Shown here: one piece after another, positions 1 to 12,304 of the stretch
Numbering within the stretch: position 1 is the first letter of the stretch
How the letters are laid out: the number at the start of each line of letters is the position of its first letter
Assembly: GCA_043228905.1 (NCBI GenBank)
Contig: JBHGNT010000011.1
Location: 21,948,001-22,012,000 of the forward strand
DNA length: 64,000 nucleotides
Reading direction: 5' to 3'
From: Azolla caroliniana
Taxonomy: Eukaryota; Plantae; Polypodiophyta
Notes under the pieces: model-generated
Seen by the model: only the letters and a program-made list of their open reading frames with translations
What the model was told of the DNA's origin: nothing
Database searches by the model: none
Program-made: the position numbers and the translations under genes

Positions 1-1012
1 TAATGCTGACAAGAATCTCTATGTTTTTTCCCAAGATAATTTGCTTTCCTTGATCATATTATATGTTGACGACCTTCTAATTACATGGTCTCTTGCATAT
101 AAAATCGAGGAGGTCCGCGTTGACCTCAAAACAACCTTTGAAATGACTGATCTAGGACTTCTCCATTATTTCATAGGTATGGAGGTCTATCAATCACATG
201 GTGGTATCTTTCTCAGCCAACATAGGTATCTCAGGCAGCTCCTTGAGACCTATAGCATGTCAAATTGCAAGCCACTCTCCTGTCCAATGGATCCAAACTC
301 AAAGCTATCTCATGAAGACAATTCTCCCATATTTGAGGATATCACGAAATATAGAAGGTTAATTGGGTCCCTTCTTCACTTAACTTATACCAGGCTTGAT
401 TTGTCCTATAGCGTGAGTATTCTCAGCCAATTCTCAACTGCTCCAAGACAAAGTCATTGGCAAGTAGTTATTCGAGTTCTTCGGTATTTGGCCAACACAC
501 TCGACTAAGGTCTGTCTTTTAGAAGCGGCATTGAGCTTGTTGGCTACTCAGATGCTGATTGGGTAGGTGATATTGATTCTAGAAGGTCCACATCTGGCTA
601 TTGTTTTATGTTAGGTTCAGGTTTGATTTCTTGGAAATCAAAGAAGCAAAACTCAGTTTCTACTTCATCGACGGAAGTTGAATACCGTGCCTACTTGGAT
701 ACTTGTTGTGAGTTGCTATGGTTAATGCAATTGTTTTCTCACATTCGTGTTTTGCAAAACTCTCCTATTGTAGTTTTCACCGACAGCCAAAATGCCCGTG
801 CCTTGGCACATAGCTCAGCATTTCATGGTAGAACAAAACACATCGAAGTGCACTACCATTTTGTTCGTGAATTAGTAAAATCACAAGTCATCAACTTGGC
901 ATATTGCCCTACTCAAGAAAATGTGGCTGATTTATTTACTAAGCCGCTTCCAAGGCAAGCCATTGATCAGCTCCTCGATCGACTCAATGTTGGACCGCCG
1001 TTCTGGAGCTAA
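1..1012 (+). mobile_element. Ty1/copia retrotransposon pol 3' end (RT + RNase H), inactivated
   Basis: ORFs 41-508 (LYVDDLLIT, MTDLGLLHYFIG) and 608-1012 (ISWKSKKQ, RTKHIEVHYHFVRE, ADLFTKPL) are in the same frame, separated by a premature TAA at 506-508. The element continues upstream of the window. Confidence 0.95.
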
Positions 1013-1019
1013 GAGGAGG

Positions 1020-1465
1020 TGTTGGAGGGTGGCAGCTCCAGACCTGCACTCTCTTTCATCTTTATTATCTCTGTACTACATTCTCTCTCTTCCCAGATTC
1101 TTTTCTCTCTAGAATCTGCAACTATTTAAATGCCTTCTCTCTCTAGAATCTGCAATGCTTTAAATGCCTTTTGTCTCTTCCACTTTTTCCAAGATATGCC
1201 CTTTTTTCTTATTCCTAGTTTATTGTACCTGTTTGGTAGTACAAGAGTCTCTTAACTACCAAACAACCATTCCCAATTTTGTATAAATAGGCTTATACCA
1301 GCCTCTTTTGTAAGGAGATTATTTTCTGCTGCTACTTACAAACAAGCACAACTCTTTGGCTGTGTCTCTACGCTTTGCAACCATTTTTTCTACTGCTGTT
1401 TAACAGCCTTCTCACAGCTTGGCTGTGTCTATTTTGTTCTAACTCTTCCGCTGCTGCTCTTAACA
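1020..1465 (+). mobile_element. 3' LTR of the copia element (about 446 bp)
   Basis: Polypurine tract AAGAGGAGG at 1011-1019 is followed directly by TGTTGG (1020). The LTR ends ...TTAACA (1465), where integrase-coding sequence of a second element resumes. TATAAATA near 1282. Confidence 0.75.
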
Positions 1466-3596
1466 GCTTTTCTCACACTAATCTCCTTCATGAATTTTGG
1501 GGAGAAGCATTAAAAACCACGGTTCATATATGTAATCGTTCTCCCAACAAGTCCTTAAAGGATGGAATCCCTAAGGATGTTTGGTCTGGCAAACCAGCCT
1601 CATATGACCATTTACGAATTTTCGGTTGTGATGCATTTGTACACATTAGAAGTGAGCTGAGAAACAAGCTCGATGCTTAGTCTACTATGGGCATTTTTAT
1701 GGGCTATGGTGATGAAGGTGAAATGGGCTATAGGATTTGGTTACCTCAGTCCAGACAAATTGTATGCAGCCGGGATGTTCTTTTTAATGAAGAAAAATTG
1801 TGGAAAAATGCTTGTTCCTTTGTTGGGAACTCTAAGAGCGTTACATTTCAAGAATTACAGCCATCCACAAAATCTAAAAATAAACCTCATGATGCTATAC
1901 CAAATGTTGAATATGATGATCAACCGGTTATCCTTGAGCTAGAAGAAGTTTGACAGCAAAGAGATGCTCATGAAGGTGTTGGACAATGAGATGAAGGTAC
2001 TAAACAACACAATATAGATGTTGAACATGCTAGACATGGTTTGCAACAGCCAGAAAGTGCTGAAACTGATTTCCCTCCAGATTTAGAACCAATCCCAAAA
2101 AATACTGATCATTGGTTATGTAGGTCTAATCGTTTAAGGAGGTAGGTTCATAGATAGGACCCCTCTTTGCATTATGGCATGCTGTCAAATGAGGGTGAAC
2201 CTCTTACTTATAAGGAGGCAATGTCATGTGAACTTAGCATTAAGTGGGAGCTTGCAATGCAAGAAGAAATAAAATCTTTGTGTGCAAATGATACTTGGGA
2301 TCTTGTGTCCTTACCTGAAGGAAGGAAAGCTCTTCCGAATAAGTGGGTTTATAAAGTAAAGAAAATTGAAGGGAAACCAAAATACAAGGCAAGATTAGTT
2401 GCCAAGGGTAGGAAGGTATTGACTTTGTAGGGGTCTTCTCTTCTGTTGTGAAGATGACCACACTTTGTGTGCTATTTGCTCTCATTGCAATGCTTAACCT
2501 GGCGTTGTACTAAATGGATGTAAAGATTGCTTTTTTGCATGGTGATATTGATGAAGACATCTACATGAAACAAACTGAGGGTTTTGTAGTTCCTAACAAG
2601 GAGCATTTGGTATGCAAACTAAAACATAGTCTGTATGGCCTAAAACAAGCACCACGACAGTGGTATAAGAAGTTTGATACTTTTATGTTTTCTCAAGGCG
2701 TTGATCATAGCTATGTAGATCATTGTTTATACACGAAAAAGGATATCGATGACAGTCCCATCCTACTTGTTCTATATGTGGATGATATGTTGCTAGCTGG
2801 GAAAAGAAATACTAGTCTTGATGCTCTAAAAGATCAACTGAAATTGGTCTTCTCTATGAAAGATTTGGGAAGTGCGGAGCATATTTTGGGCATGAGAATC
2901 AGTAGAAACAGAAAGGACAAATTGTTGTTTTTGTCATAAGAAAAGTACATTGAAAAAGGGCTTAACAGATTTAATATGGCAGAAGCAAAGTCCCTTGGAG
3001 TTCCTTTACCTTCATATCTTAAACTTAGCAAGGGTGATTGTCCAAAGGATGAGATGGAAGTCACTACTATGAAGGGAATTCCTTATGCATCAGCATGTGG
3101 TTCTCTAATGTATGCTATGGTAGCTACTCGTCCAGATATTGCTTATGCAGTGGGAGTTGTCAGTTACTATATGTCTAATTGCGGCAAAGCACATTGGGAG
3201 GCTGTCAAGTGTGTTTTCAGGTATCTTAAAGGTACACAGAGGAAATGTTTATGCTATGGGAAGGGTGCATTAAGTTTGCAGGGATGTTGTGATGCAGACA
3301 TGGCAGGTGACTTGGATACGGGCAAGTGTACTAGCGGGTATATATCTACAGTTGCTGGTGGAACAATGTCTTGGTGCTCCAAATTGCAAAAGATTGTAGC
3401 ACTTAGTACTACTGAAGCTGAATATATTTCAGCTACAGAAGCTTCAAAGGAAGCTATATGGCTCAGCAGACTTGCTGAAGATCTTGGCATGTCTGTTAGT
3501 ACTCCTGTGTTAGGATGTGATAGCCAGAGTGTTGTGTATCTAGCTAAGAATGCCATGTTTCATTCGCGCCCCAAACACATTGATGAGGATGGATAA
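1466..3596 (+). mobile_element. Older degenerate Ty1/copia pol (integrase C-terminus, RT, RNase H), interrupted by the element above
   Basis: FWGEALKT..CNRSP, HLRIFGC, KYKARLVAKG, MDVKIAFLHG, LYGLKQAPRQWY, LYVDDML, ATRPDIAYAVG, ALSTTEAEYI, RPKHID, with several stops and frameshifts. Confidence 0.93.
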
Positions 3597-3599
3597 AGG

Positions 3600-4170
3600 C
3601 TGAATGCTGAGGCACATATAAAGCCTGTTAATGCTTATTATACTTTACCTCCATTAAGGAGATCTGCTCATGTTTCTCATGATAGATATAAAGATTGTGG
3701 AGAGACCTCTTGTTATGAAGAAGCTATGATGCATGAGGATAACAAGGGGGAGTATGCCATGCAATCTGAGATGGATGCAAAACATGGGATTTGATTAGTT
3801 TTCCTAAAGATAGCATTATCATATGAATGGATTAATAAGATGAAGCTCACTCCGGATGATGAGAAGCAAAAGTGGTAAAATGGAACCTGTAGTTGTTAAA
3901 GGGTTCAAGCATATCAAGGGGCTGGTTTTGATGAGATTATCTCCCTGTTGTGAAGGTGATTACTTTGCAATGTGTTCTTGACACTGACAATGGAATGCAA
4001 AGGCCAAATACATCAGGTAAGGTAGCATCTCGTTATATGGGCCCCTAAGGACAAGCATGTGGAACTTGTCAAAGTACGCAGATATATAATAACCCTGTAG
4101 ATCTTCTCAGGAAGAGTATACCACCAAAGGTTTCCATGTCTACATCAGCTTATGAGCATTGAATGAGACA
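3600..4170 (+). mobile_element. Third, highly degraded copia pol fragment
   Basis: Broken reading frames give LRRSA, ETSCYEEAM, AMQSEMDA and FDEII...VVK, matching the region at the start of copia RT. Confidence 0.55.
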
Positions 4171-5007
4171 CTATGATCTTACAGATTGGTGCACTAATAG
4201 TTGTAGATATTGTATTCTCCCTTTGGAGGCATATGAGCCTTTAAAAGCTAATAAGCCATGTCAAGCTAGGTTGCCTGAGTGTGGACAACCTTGTGCCGAT
4301 ATATCATGAAAACCTTAAGCAATAAGGTGTAGTCTTACACCACCATGCTATAGCTAGTTGTCAGTGACATTTATTGAAGTAAAGCAACATTTGTCATTGG
4401 CTGAAATATCTTGACTCATGTGACAGTGGGACAAAAGATCCATGACCGACATGTTTCCTCCACCAGACAAAGGTGAACCCGACATTCTCATGCAATGCAA
4501 CAGCCATCACAACATTCCAGTGAACCCAACATTCTCGTGCAACGTAGCCATCACAACATTCTGATGAATCCAACATGAAGATCGTGGGATGGACATGGAG
4601 AGTCTGCAGGTTTGAGGTAGCGAAAGGAGTCCATGGGGAACTGAGTCTCTCAGATGGGAGGAGACAGGGAAGGGGCCAAGAAGGAGAGCCCCAAATATAG
4701 GAGAATGGAGAGCATGTGCCACTTGAGCACAATTCAAAGATAGGAGATTTAGAACAATAGTATGTAATGCATGAGTGTTGCACACCCTGCTTTAGAGAAC
4801 TAAGGTTTGGAGAGGCATTTTTTCAGCAACCTTGCTTAATGAAATATATGATGTTGAGGGTAATGATATTAATGGCCAGAGGGGGCAATATGACCAATCA
4901 GACCAACACTGCAATAAATATAAAAGAAAATTATATGCCACCATTTAGGAATTAACAGCACAATTCTGTATCCTGGAATGCATCTAGAGACTGGAAGAAG
5001 GGCAGAC

Positions 5008-5270
5008 AGTTTTATGCTCTACAATGTGTTTACTTTGTAGAAACGTTCATGATGAAGGAGGTTCTAAATGATTTATTCGAGTAAAGCCAATTCCATTGAA
5101 AGTAAGATAATGGCCCATTATCACCTTCCCAAGGCCACAGAGTTTTATGCCCTACAATGTATTTACTTTGTAGAAACATTCATGATGAATGAGGTACTAA
5201 ATGTTTTATTTGAGTAAAGCCAATCCCATTGAAAGTAAGATAATGCCCCATAATCACCTTCCCAAGGCCA
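5008..5270. repeat. Imperfect tandem duplication, unit about 131 bp
   Basis: AGTTTTATGC...CCTTCCCAAGGCCACA occurs twice (about 5008-5139 and 5141-5271). Confidence 0.8.
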
Positions 5271-6602
5271 CATGAGAAATTTCCTTCATCCAGCTGGATC
5301 CGAGGCATCTGAAAATGGTTCCCAATATGACATGTAGGAATGGTTGGCAAGATGACATGCACATACAGGAAAAACTAGGAACATGAGATTGTGTCTCCAT
5401 GATTTACTCTTCCACATTGAAAGTCAACTAATACTCACATGCTCATGCACATTGAAAATGGGAACTAGTGGGCATAAAAATAGCATGTGGGCAATGTATC
5501 CTCAATGTTCTAGAAACAGAAGAAAATGTCAATTTGGAAAACCTTGCATATGACAACATCAGGCGTGATTATCAAGAATTCCTACAAGGTTCTTTACCTA
5601 GCAAAACTCCTACCAAGGATGGAGCCATCGCCATCGCCACTAGGAATACACTTGGCTTGTTTATTCAACCACAACCATACTCATGGGAAATCCAAACAGT
5701 GAAATCAGGAAATGAGAATAGTTTTTTTACTTATCTTTTTGGCCTACCATTTAAAAAGTCCTCAACGAACGTACACACTTAGCGAGAGTGCTTTATAAAG
5801 ATTGTTGGTCCTAACAAAAGGCATGGATCATTTTGGATGACGATTTCACCCTGCATTGTATTTATAGCCAGTAGTGGGAATCAAACCTGCATCATCAGCT
5901 TGGAAGTCTAAGAGGTATAGGTTGATGCCAATTTATTATCCTATGGATGTTATAACATATATTGGTGCATCGCTCTCAATATTTCTCTCATCTAAGCTTC
6001 CACCATTGCTAAGTCAAACTAGGCCAGAGCGTCCCCTTTCAGTCAGAAATGCTGAAGAGATCACTAAAAAGCACCTTATAGACTCTTCTCTTGGACAGAC
6101 CCATTGCTGACTATGTTAGGATGCTCTTTGCTTGTTGCCACAAAACCAAACTCATGGAAGATCCCAGCTATGAAATTAGGAAACAAGCTTAGTATTTCAT
6201 TTCAACTTTTTCTTTTTCTTTTTTGTCTACTATCATTTTATAATCCCAAACCTACTCAGTTGGGTAGAATATTGGTTCCCGTCCCTAAACCCTAATCTTT
6301 TCATTCCAATGGTAACAGTACTACACACCAAGCTTTGTTTATATGGTATCATCAACGTATAAGGATTGGTTCCAGTCCCTAAACCCTAATCTTTTCATTC
6401 CAATGGTACAGTGCTACACAGCGAGCTCAACGTATAAGAATGGTGATTGTATCATGCCTCATCTATTGTGAAACATGATGTTTTAAGTATGTGGAATATT
6501 AAACTTGAAATCTTCAAACTAAGTCCAGATCTCCTTTCTAGACTTTGCGGGAAGCACATTTCATGCATTTCTTTATTCTGAATCATGTTATGTTGTATGC
6601 AG

Positions 6603-7151
6603 TCCCTTCTTGTTAGAGTGTATTGCGGAATTCGCAGCTACATATGATGATGAGCTTCTAGATTTCAATGGTGCGGAGCTGTTGACACGTGTTGCCAATG
6701 CAACTAGAGTTGGTAATGAGGAGAGCACACGACAAATCAGAGAATTGTATACCAAGTCCCCTGAATGTTTCTTCCCTTTGAGTTCTGAAAACATTACAAG
6801 GTATGGTTAGTTTAGTTTGTCAATTGAAAAGAAAACAATCATAAGAGACTCAAATAGGTATTTGTTCAATATGTTCAGCTCTGCTAGGTTTGTACAATAC
6901 GTTAAAAGAATATTTGAATTTATGAATAACCTTTTTTATAAAGTGGTGTATTTTGATGTGACAGATACTTTGCAGCACCAGTTAATGAACAGCAGCAACT
7001 GGAAACTGATCAGTCTTTTCAACTGATCGTGAACCACTCGCTCACATTTCATTTTTGGAACCAAAAAACCAAAAGTATTGTTCCCCAAGTTGGCAGCCTT
7101 GTAGAAAGAATTATGAATTACCATTGCATTAGATGTCATGAATACCTCTAG
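6603..7151 (+). CDS. Alpha-1,4-glycosyltransferase (GT32, At4g19900-like), last two exons: 6603-6800 and 6965-7151. 5' exons lie upstream of the window
   Basis: Spliced translation PFLLECIAEFAATYDDELLDFNGAELLTRVA...FFPLSSENITR|YFAAP...LTFHFWNQKTKSIVPQVGSLVERIMNYHCIRCHEYL* matches my recollection of the plant GT32 C-terminus. Canonical AG/GT sites with consistent phase 2 and no disablements. Confidence 0.85.
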
Positions 7152-10100
7152 TTAGTCCAAGCATGGCTCAGCCAGCACTCATAAATCTCATATATTATTA
7201 TTTAATCAATTTTTGGTGGTAGTGTCCTTTCTTGTGCAGGCATTTTGGGATCTATGGATAGGTACCAACCAATGATGAAGAATTATGATGGAAATGTTCA
7301 CAATCTAGGAATAGTATTATAAATTGGTTTCACCGCTAGGCTAGGAATGAAATGCTTCACCATTATTTGCCACATTTAAATATCCACCCTTACTTAATTC
7401 CAATGGTGGTTTTATTATGATTTGGAATGCCATAGTACTTGCGTCAAATAGTTGTTTTGTGGAATATTTTAGACCATGTATGGGGCTTTTTTGGAAGTAG
7501 TAAGTTCACCCCCATGTTCAGTAAATACAAAATATAGATAGACTTGACATCATGAAGACATTTTTGTTATATGCAACCTTGTCTATGTCTACCTTTTTAT
7601 TGATGAAAACATACAAAAATTGAGTAGTGTCTTCTTCATTGTAAGTGAGCATAGAAATTGCAAATAGTGGGAACATTGCAAGACTCATTGCTTTGAGTTA
7701 ATAGTTGGAACTTTACTCCGGTCCAACTTGCAACTTGGAAAGGTCACAATAGAGGTGGATATTGAATGCATAGGTAATGTGATTATATAGATGGTGAGTA
7801 CAAACTTAGTTTGAAGGTATGGTTTGAGGTGGATGTTCAATGTGTGTATAATTTTGTGATTGATGTGTGTAAAAAGAACAATACAATGTGTGACTATTCC
7901 CAATGTGTTGTGATTCACTTATTAAAGAGTTCACAATATTTAATACAAGGCTAGGTCAGTTTAGCCCAATAATAGCTGAGAATGAATGGCATAAAACCAA
8001 GGAGAAGGAAGGGAACAAGTTATGCTACATTATGAAGAGTGTTAAAATAGTTCACTTTCTCAACTATTATGAAGAGTAAAAAGAGTAAGGTGGTTGTTGA
8101 TCTTTTTTTATGTCTCTTTCTCAATCCTCAAGTCTTCATTGCCAAGGCTTTGATACTTTTCCTAACGTATTTCAAAATCCTCCTTTTCACTCTTTATTGT
8201 TTCCTTATTGTGGTGGTCTTTTCTTTTTCTTTTTGGAAAAAAAAACTCTTTCCATTAGGTATAAAATTTTACAGATGAGAGTGTAGGGACATGACAATTC
8301 CATCTTATGTGGATGCCCACCACTAACTTGAGAAATGGAGAGGATGACCATTGTTGGATGAAAGCTAATCGTTGTCTTTCAACTTCATTGGATCTGCCCT
8401 TGAGGCCATCATATTGGCTCTTTAGAGTGGCTACAACTTCACTCCATATCTCTTGCATTAACATAACAGTTGCCTCATGGGCGGTTTGAGCGGCTAAAAT
8501 GTGGCGTTTATATTTAAGATATTGCTCAAATTCTACATTACTATACTTGGACATTGTACCTTTTTTGGCACATTCATTGTATTGATCCATGTTTCCATAC
8601 TTCTTATCATGGGCAAGGCACATTCTTCAATAAAATCACTCACATTAAATGTTAGACTATGGACGTTATTTGGGAGAAATCAATATTGTTTATGCGACAA
8701 TTTACTATTGAAATCAATTCTCACACGCTTGTATGATTACAAAGGTAATACATGCATCTAGGGAGAATAATTTCTCTTGCATCTCTTTAGTGACACATTA
8801 GTATGGTCAAAGTTCAGGTTTCCATTTAATTTAAGCTCCATATGTTGTCCCCAACTTGATTCTCTTATTTTAGACATGCATTTCCTACAATTTAGATTCT
8901 CATCCATAAAACAACACATCATAGTTGTAGTAGTGTTGCCTACAATATTGAAGTAGTTCATAGACTCAATTCCTTGTGCAACTGAGAAATTCTTATCCGT
9001 TATAATGAATAACTCATGTGAAGTTGAATAAATATTACAAATACATTAGCAAATTTATGTGGAAGATTTTTCAGTTTGTAAATCAATTCTAACAAAAAAG
9101 TGCAATTCAAGGACATTGCTACTCATTGAACTTAATTATTTGGCCTCTGGGATTTATGTTTCTTATCCTAGGGATATTGTGATTGGCATGTTATTTCCTC
9201 TTAGTGGTGATTTGATGTGGAGGAATTTGAACCACTACTAATCAAATCATATAAAAGATGGAACGTGGCTTTGCTTATGATTGCACAATGCACACTAAAC
9301 TGTATTCACCGAACTTTAACTTTGTGATATAATGAATAAATAACATGTGAGGGTATTTGTAAGCCATGATAAACCCATTTAGCCTTTTTGGAGTGGATCA
9401 TGGTATTGTGCCCGGGCCCGATGCATTTACACACTATACATTGTCAATGTGTATATATTACAATTGAAGTAGAAAGCCATCATATCTTCAAAACTATCAT
9501 TTTATCAATATCCTCCTGGCATAACCTAAACCCAATGGTGATCAAATGACAAACAAATCTTGAACCACAAATAATTTACACCTTCTTATCCCTTTATTGT
9601 TACAATGTCTATAAGAGTTGTTTCAACATTATTGTTCATATCGTCAATGACAATGATATAGCTCGTGGAAGTGAATGTATTGTTGTTGGCAATGCTTTCG
9701 AGAGTGCACAAGCAATGAGGCAATGTTAGCAAAATGACATCATCAACAAGCTACAGCTATGAATGCAAACAACCCTAACAAAGGGGCAAAGATGAAGGTT
9801 AGAGGCGATAACAAGACAAGGTGACCATGACATTACCTTGGACACACTATCATGAAAACAACAAATTGTAGCCAATAAGGTAAACAAACTCGAAAAATTA
9901 ACCTACGAATGATGAAGCAAAGTGTCGAAGAATGTTTCTTCGCACCTAAATCGAACATTTTTTGAGGTTGCTTCATGGAAAGAAGAAGGCTAAATATATT
10001 ATCCTCATGATGACCTTGTCTTGAGTGCATTTTGAAAAAGAAATGCAATAACGACATCACTCTGGGATAGATAAGGACCAAAGAACCACAAGATGTATTT

Positions 10101-12304
10101 GTTATGGAAGCTTGCAATCACAAAAGGTGTTTATGGTGTTGGACATTGATTTCTCTACAAAACTTTAGCAAACCCAAATGGTCAAGAAAAATACAAGGGT
10201 GTGTGACATATTGACATGGATCACAAGATTAATATAAATGGAATCAAAACAAATGTAATAAGAAACATGAACAAAGGAGATACTATATGAAGTCACTTAC
10301 TTTCCAATGTTCACATTATAACAATATATTCATTTTTTAGAGCGCACACAAAGCAATGTTTATATTCATACTTGTATAGATTCTCTTATTTCCACCTTCT
10401 TTAAATAAATCTCATGGCTTGACACGTGGCATTAAGTGGGAAACATGTATGAAAAGATCCACAATATGGTATGTGGTATACATGCACTTATGAAATGTCC
10501 ACATCATCGCAACACCCACACATTTATTTATTTTGTTACCATGAGCATTTACTAGGATAAGTTTAGGATGTCAACATACTCATGCCATAACCATTAGGCT
10601 ACAAAAATAACATTTCTGTCCTCTTGTCAAGGGTTGATTACAACAAAGGGACTCTTGTCAAATGCATTATACAAAGACGATGTTTGTGGTCAAGACTCAA
10701 GAGACAAGGTCAATTGTGTTAATAACAATTAAACATTTTACAAATGACTTGTTAGCAACTTGACTTAAAGTTAGTATAAGTTAACATGGAACCATATTGG
10801 TCTACCATAATCAATTTTAGCTTTAGAAAACTTGACTATCCACCTAGATTTTCACAACTACTCGATTGCCACCATGTAAGCATCATGCTCCCTTTCCACC
10901 TTCTAAACCAAAGTAATGAAAGTTGTATGGTTCCCCCAAAGGCTATGATATAAGAAGGAGCAAAGTATTGGATAAATGATCTTCATGTGAGGTTAACTCT
11001 CAAAATCCAAGAATCACAAAGTTGGGCTTCAAGGTTGCTTCTTAGAATTTGTGCCGCGTTAACAATTCTCAAATAAGTTTGATGCTATTTGATTATATCA
11101 TGGATAAAATAAAATTGTATCATCTCGTGCTCAATTGACCTTTTGAGCATTTTTCGTGTAGAAAAATTCAAGCATTAAGAATATATAACAAAGTTAGTGA
11201 TGGTTTACCACTTAAATATATGGTCTAACCAACGTATCAATATGCGAATTTTCAATTCACTTGCTTTGGACAAGGACTAATATCTTTAATATGTCAAAGA
11301 AGCTTAGTTTATGCATGTGCTTCTCCACTTGGGTCATCAAAAGTCAACTTGCAAAGGGTAAAAGTGGCATATGCATCCAATGGCTCAATATAACAATTCA
11401 ACACATCCTTCACTTGTTAATGTGAGAAAACCAGAACTAGTCCCAATTATCTGAAAACGAATCATGATATCCCTATGCTTTTTTAGATAACCAAAATATC
11501 CTTCGGTTTGTAAAAATGTTCCAAAAATATGGTCAATTTTAAATCGGCTCACAAATAACACTCTAATCAAAGTAGCATAACAAGATTTAAAATAGGAGTA
11601 TGATTACAAATAATCTTATTGGCTTCAATTAATGTCCGCGATAATAAGACCATGATATAAATGAGGGTTAACTAGCGGTCAAATGTTAAAGAGGATTGGA
11701 GAAAGGGCCTACGATCCCCTCACGATGGGGGTGGGAAGACAAAGGGATCAATGCACAAACCTTTTTGTATACACCTAGGGGATTGTCTTAGCCTAAATCA
11801 ACGGAGCGCCAACTTTTAACTCGTGGGAGGTAAACGAACTAATTAATTTCGAGACTCGGAGTAAACGAGGGCAAGTGAGAGATTCACTTGGGGGGGGGGG
11901 GGGGGGGGGTGTGGGGCTGGATGGATAGTGAGACGATGGAGGGTTAGGGTTAAGTTTGGAGAGTTGAGCGGCGGGTCTTGTGCGGCCCATCAAAAAGAAA
12001 GAAAAACAAACATTGCTTCTCCTCCAAGGAAAGGAGCTACACACACACACACACACACACATACATACACGTTAATATACATATATTTCCTTGTTTCTCT
12101 CACATACATACATGTACACATACCACATACACTCCAAGGAAAGGAGGTGTGTATGTATGTGTACAGTGTATTTGTGTGGGCTGGGGTTTCGATACGTGAC
12201 CAGCTTCTTTTAGTTTCCATCTTCTTTTTCTTCTTCTTCCTCTTCGGCTCTCTGCTGTTATTGTTGTTGTCGCCGCCTGAAGACGACAACATCCAAGAAG
12301 CCAA

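Noticed and set aside
5045-5200. C/D-box snoRNA suggested by repeated ATGATGA
   Set aside because: No terminal stem or well-placed D box identified. The repetition is explained by tandem duplication.
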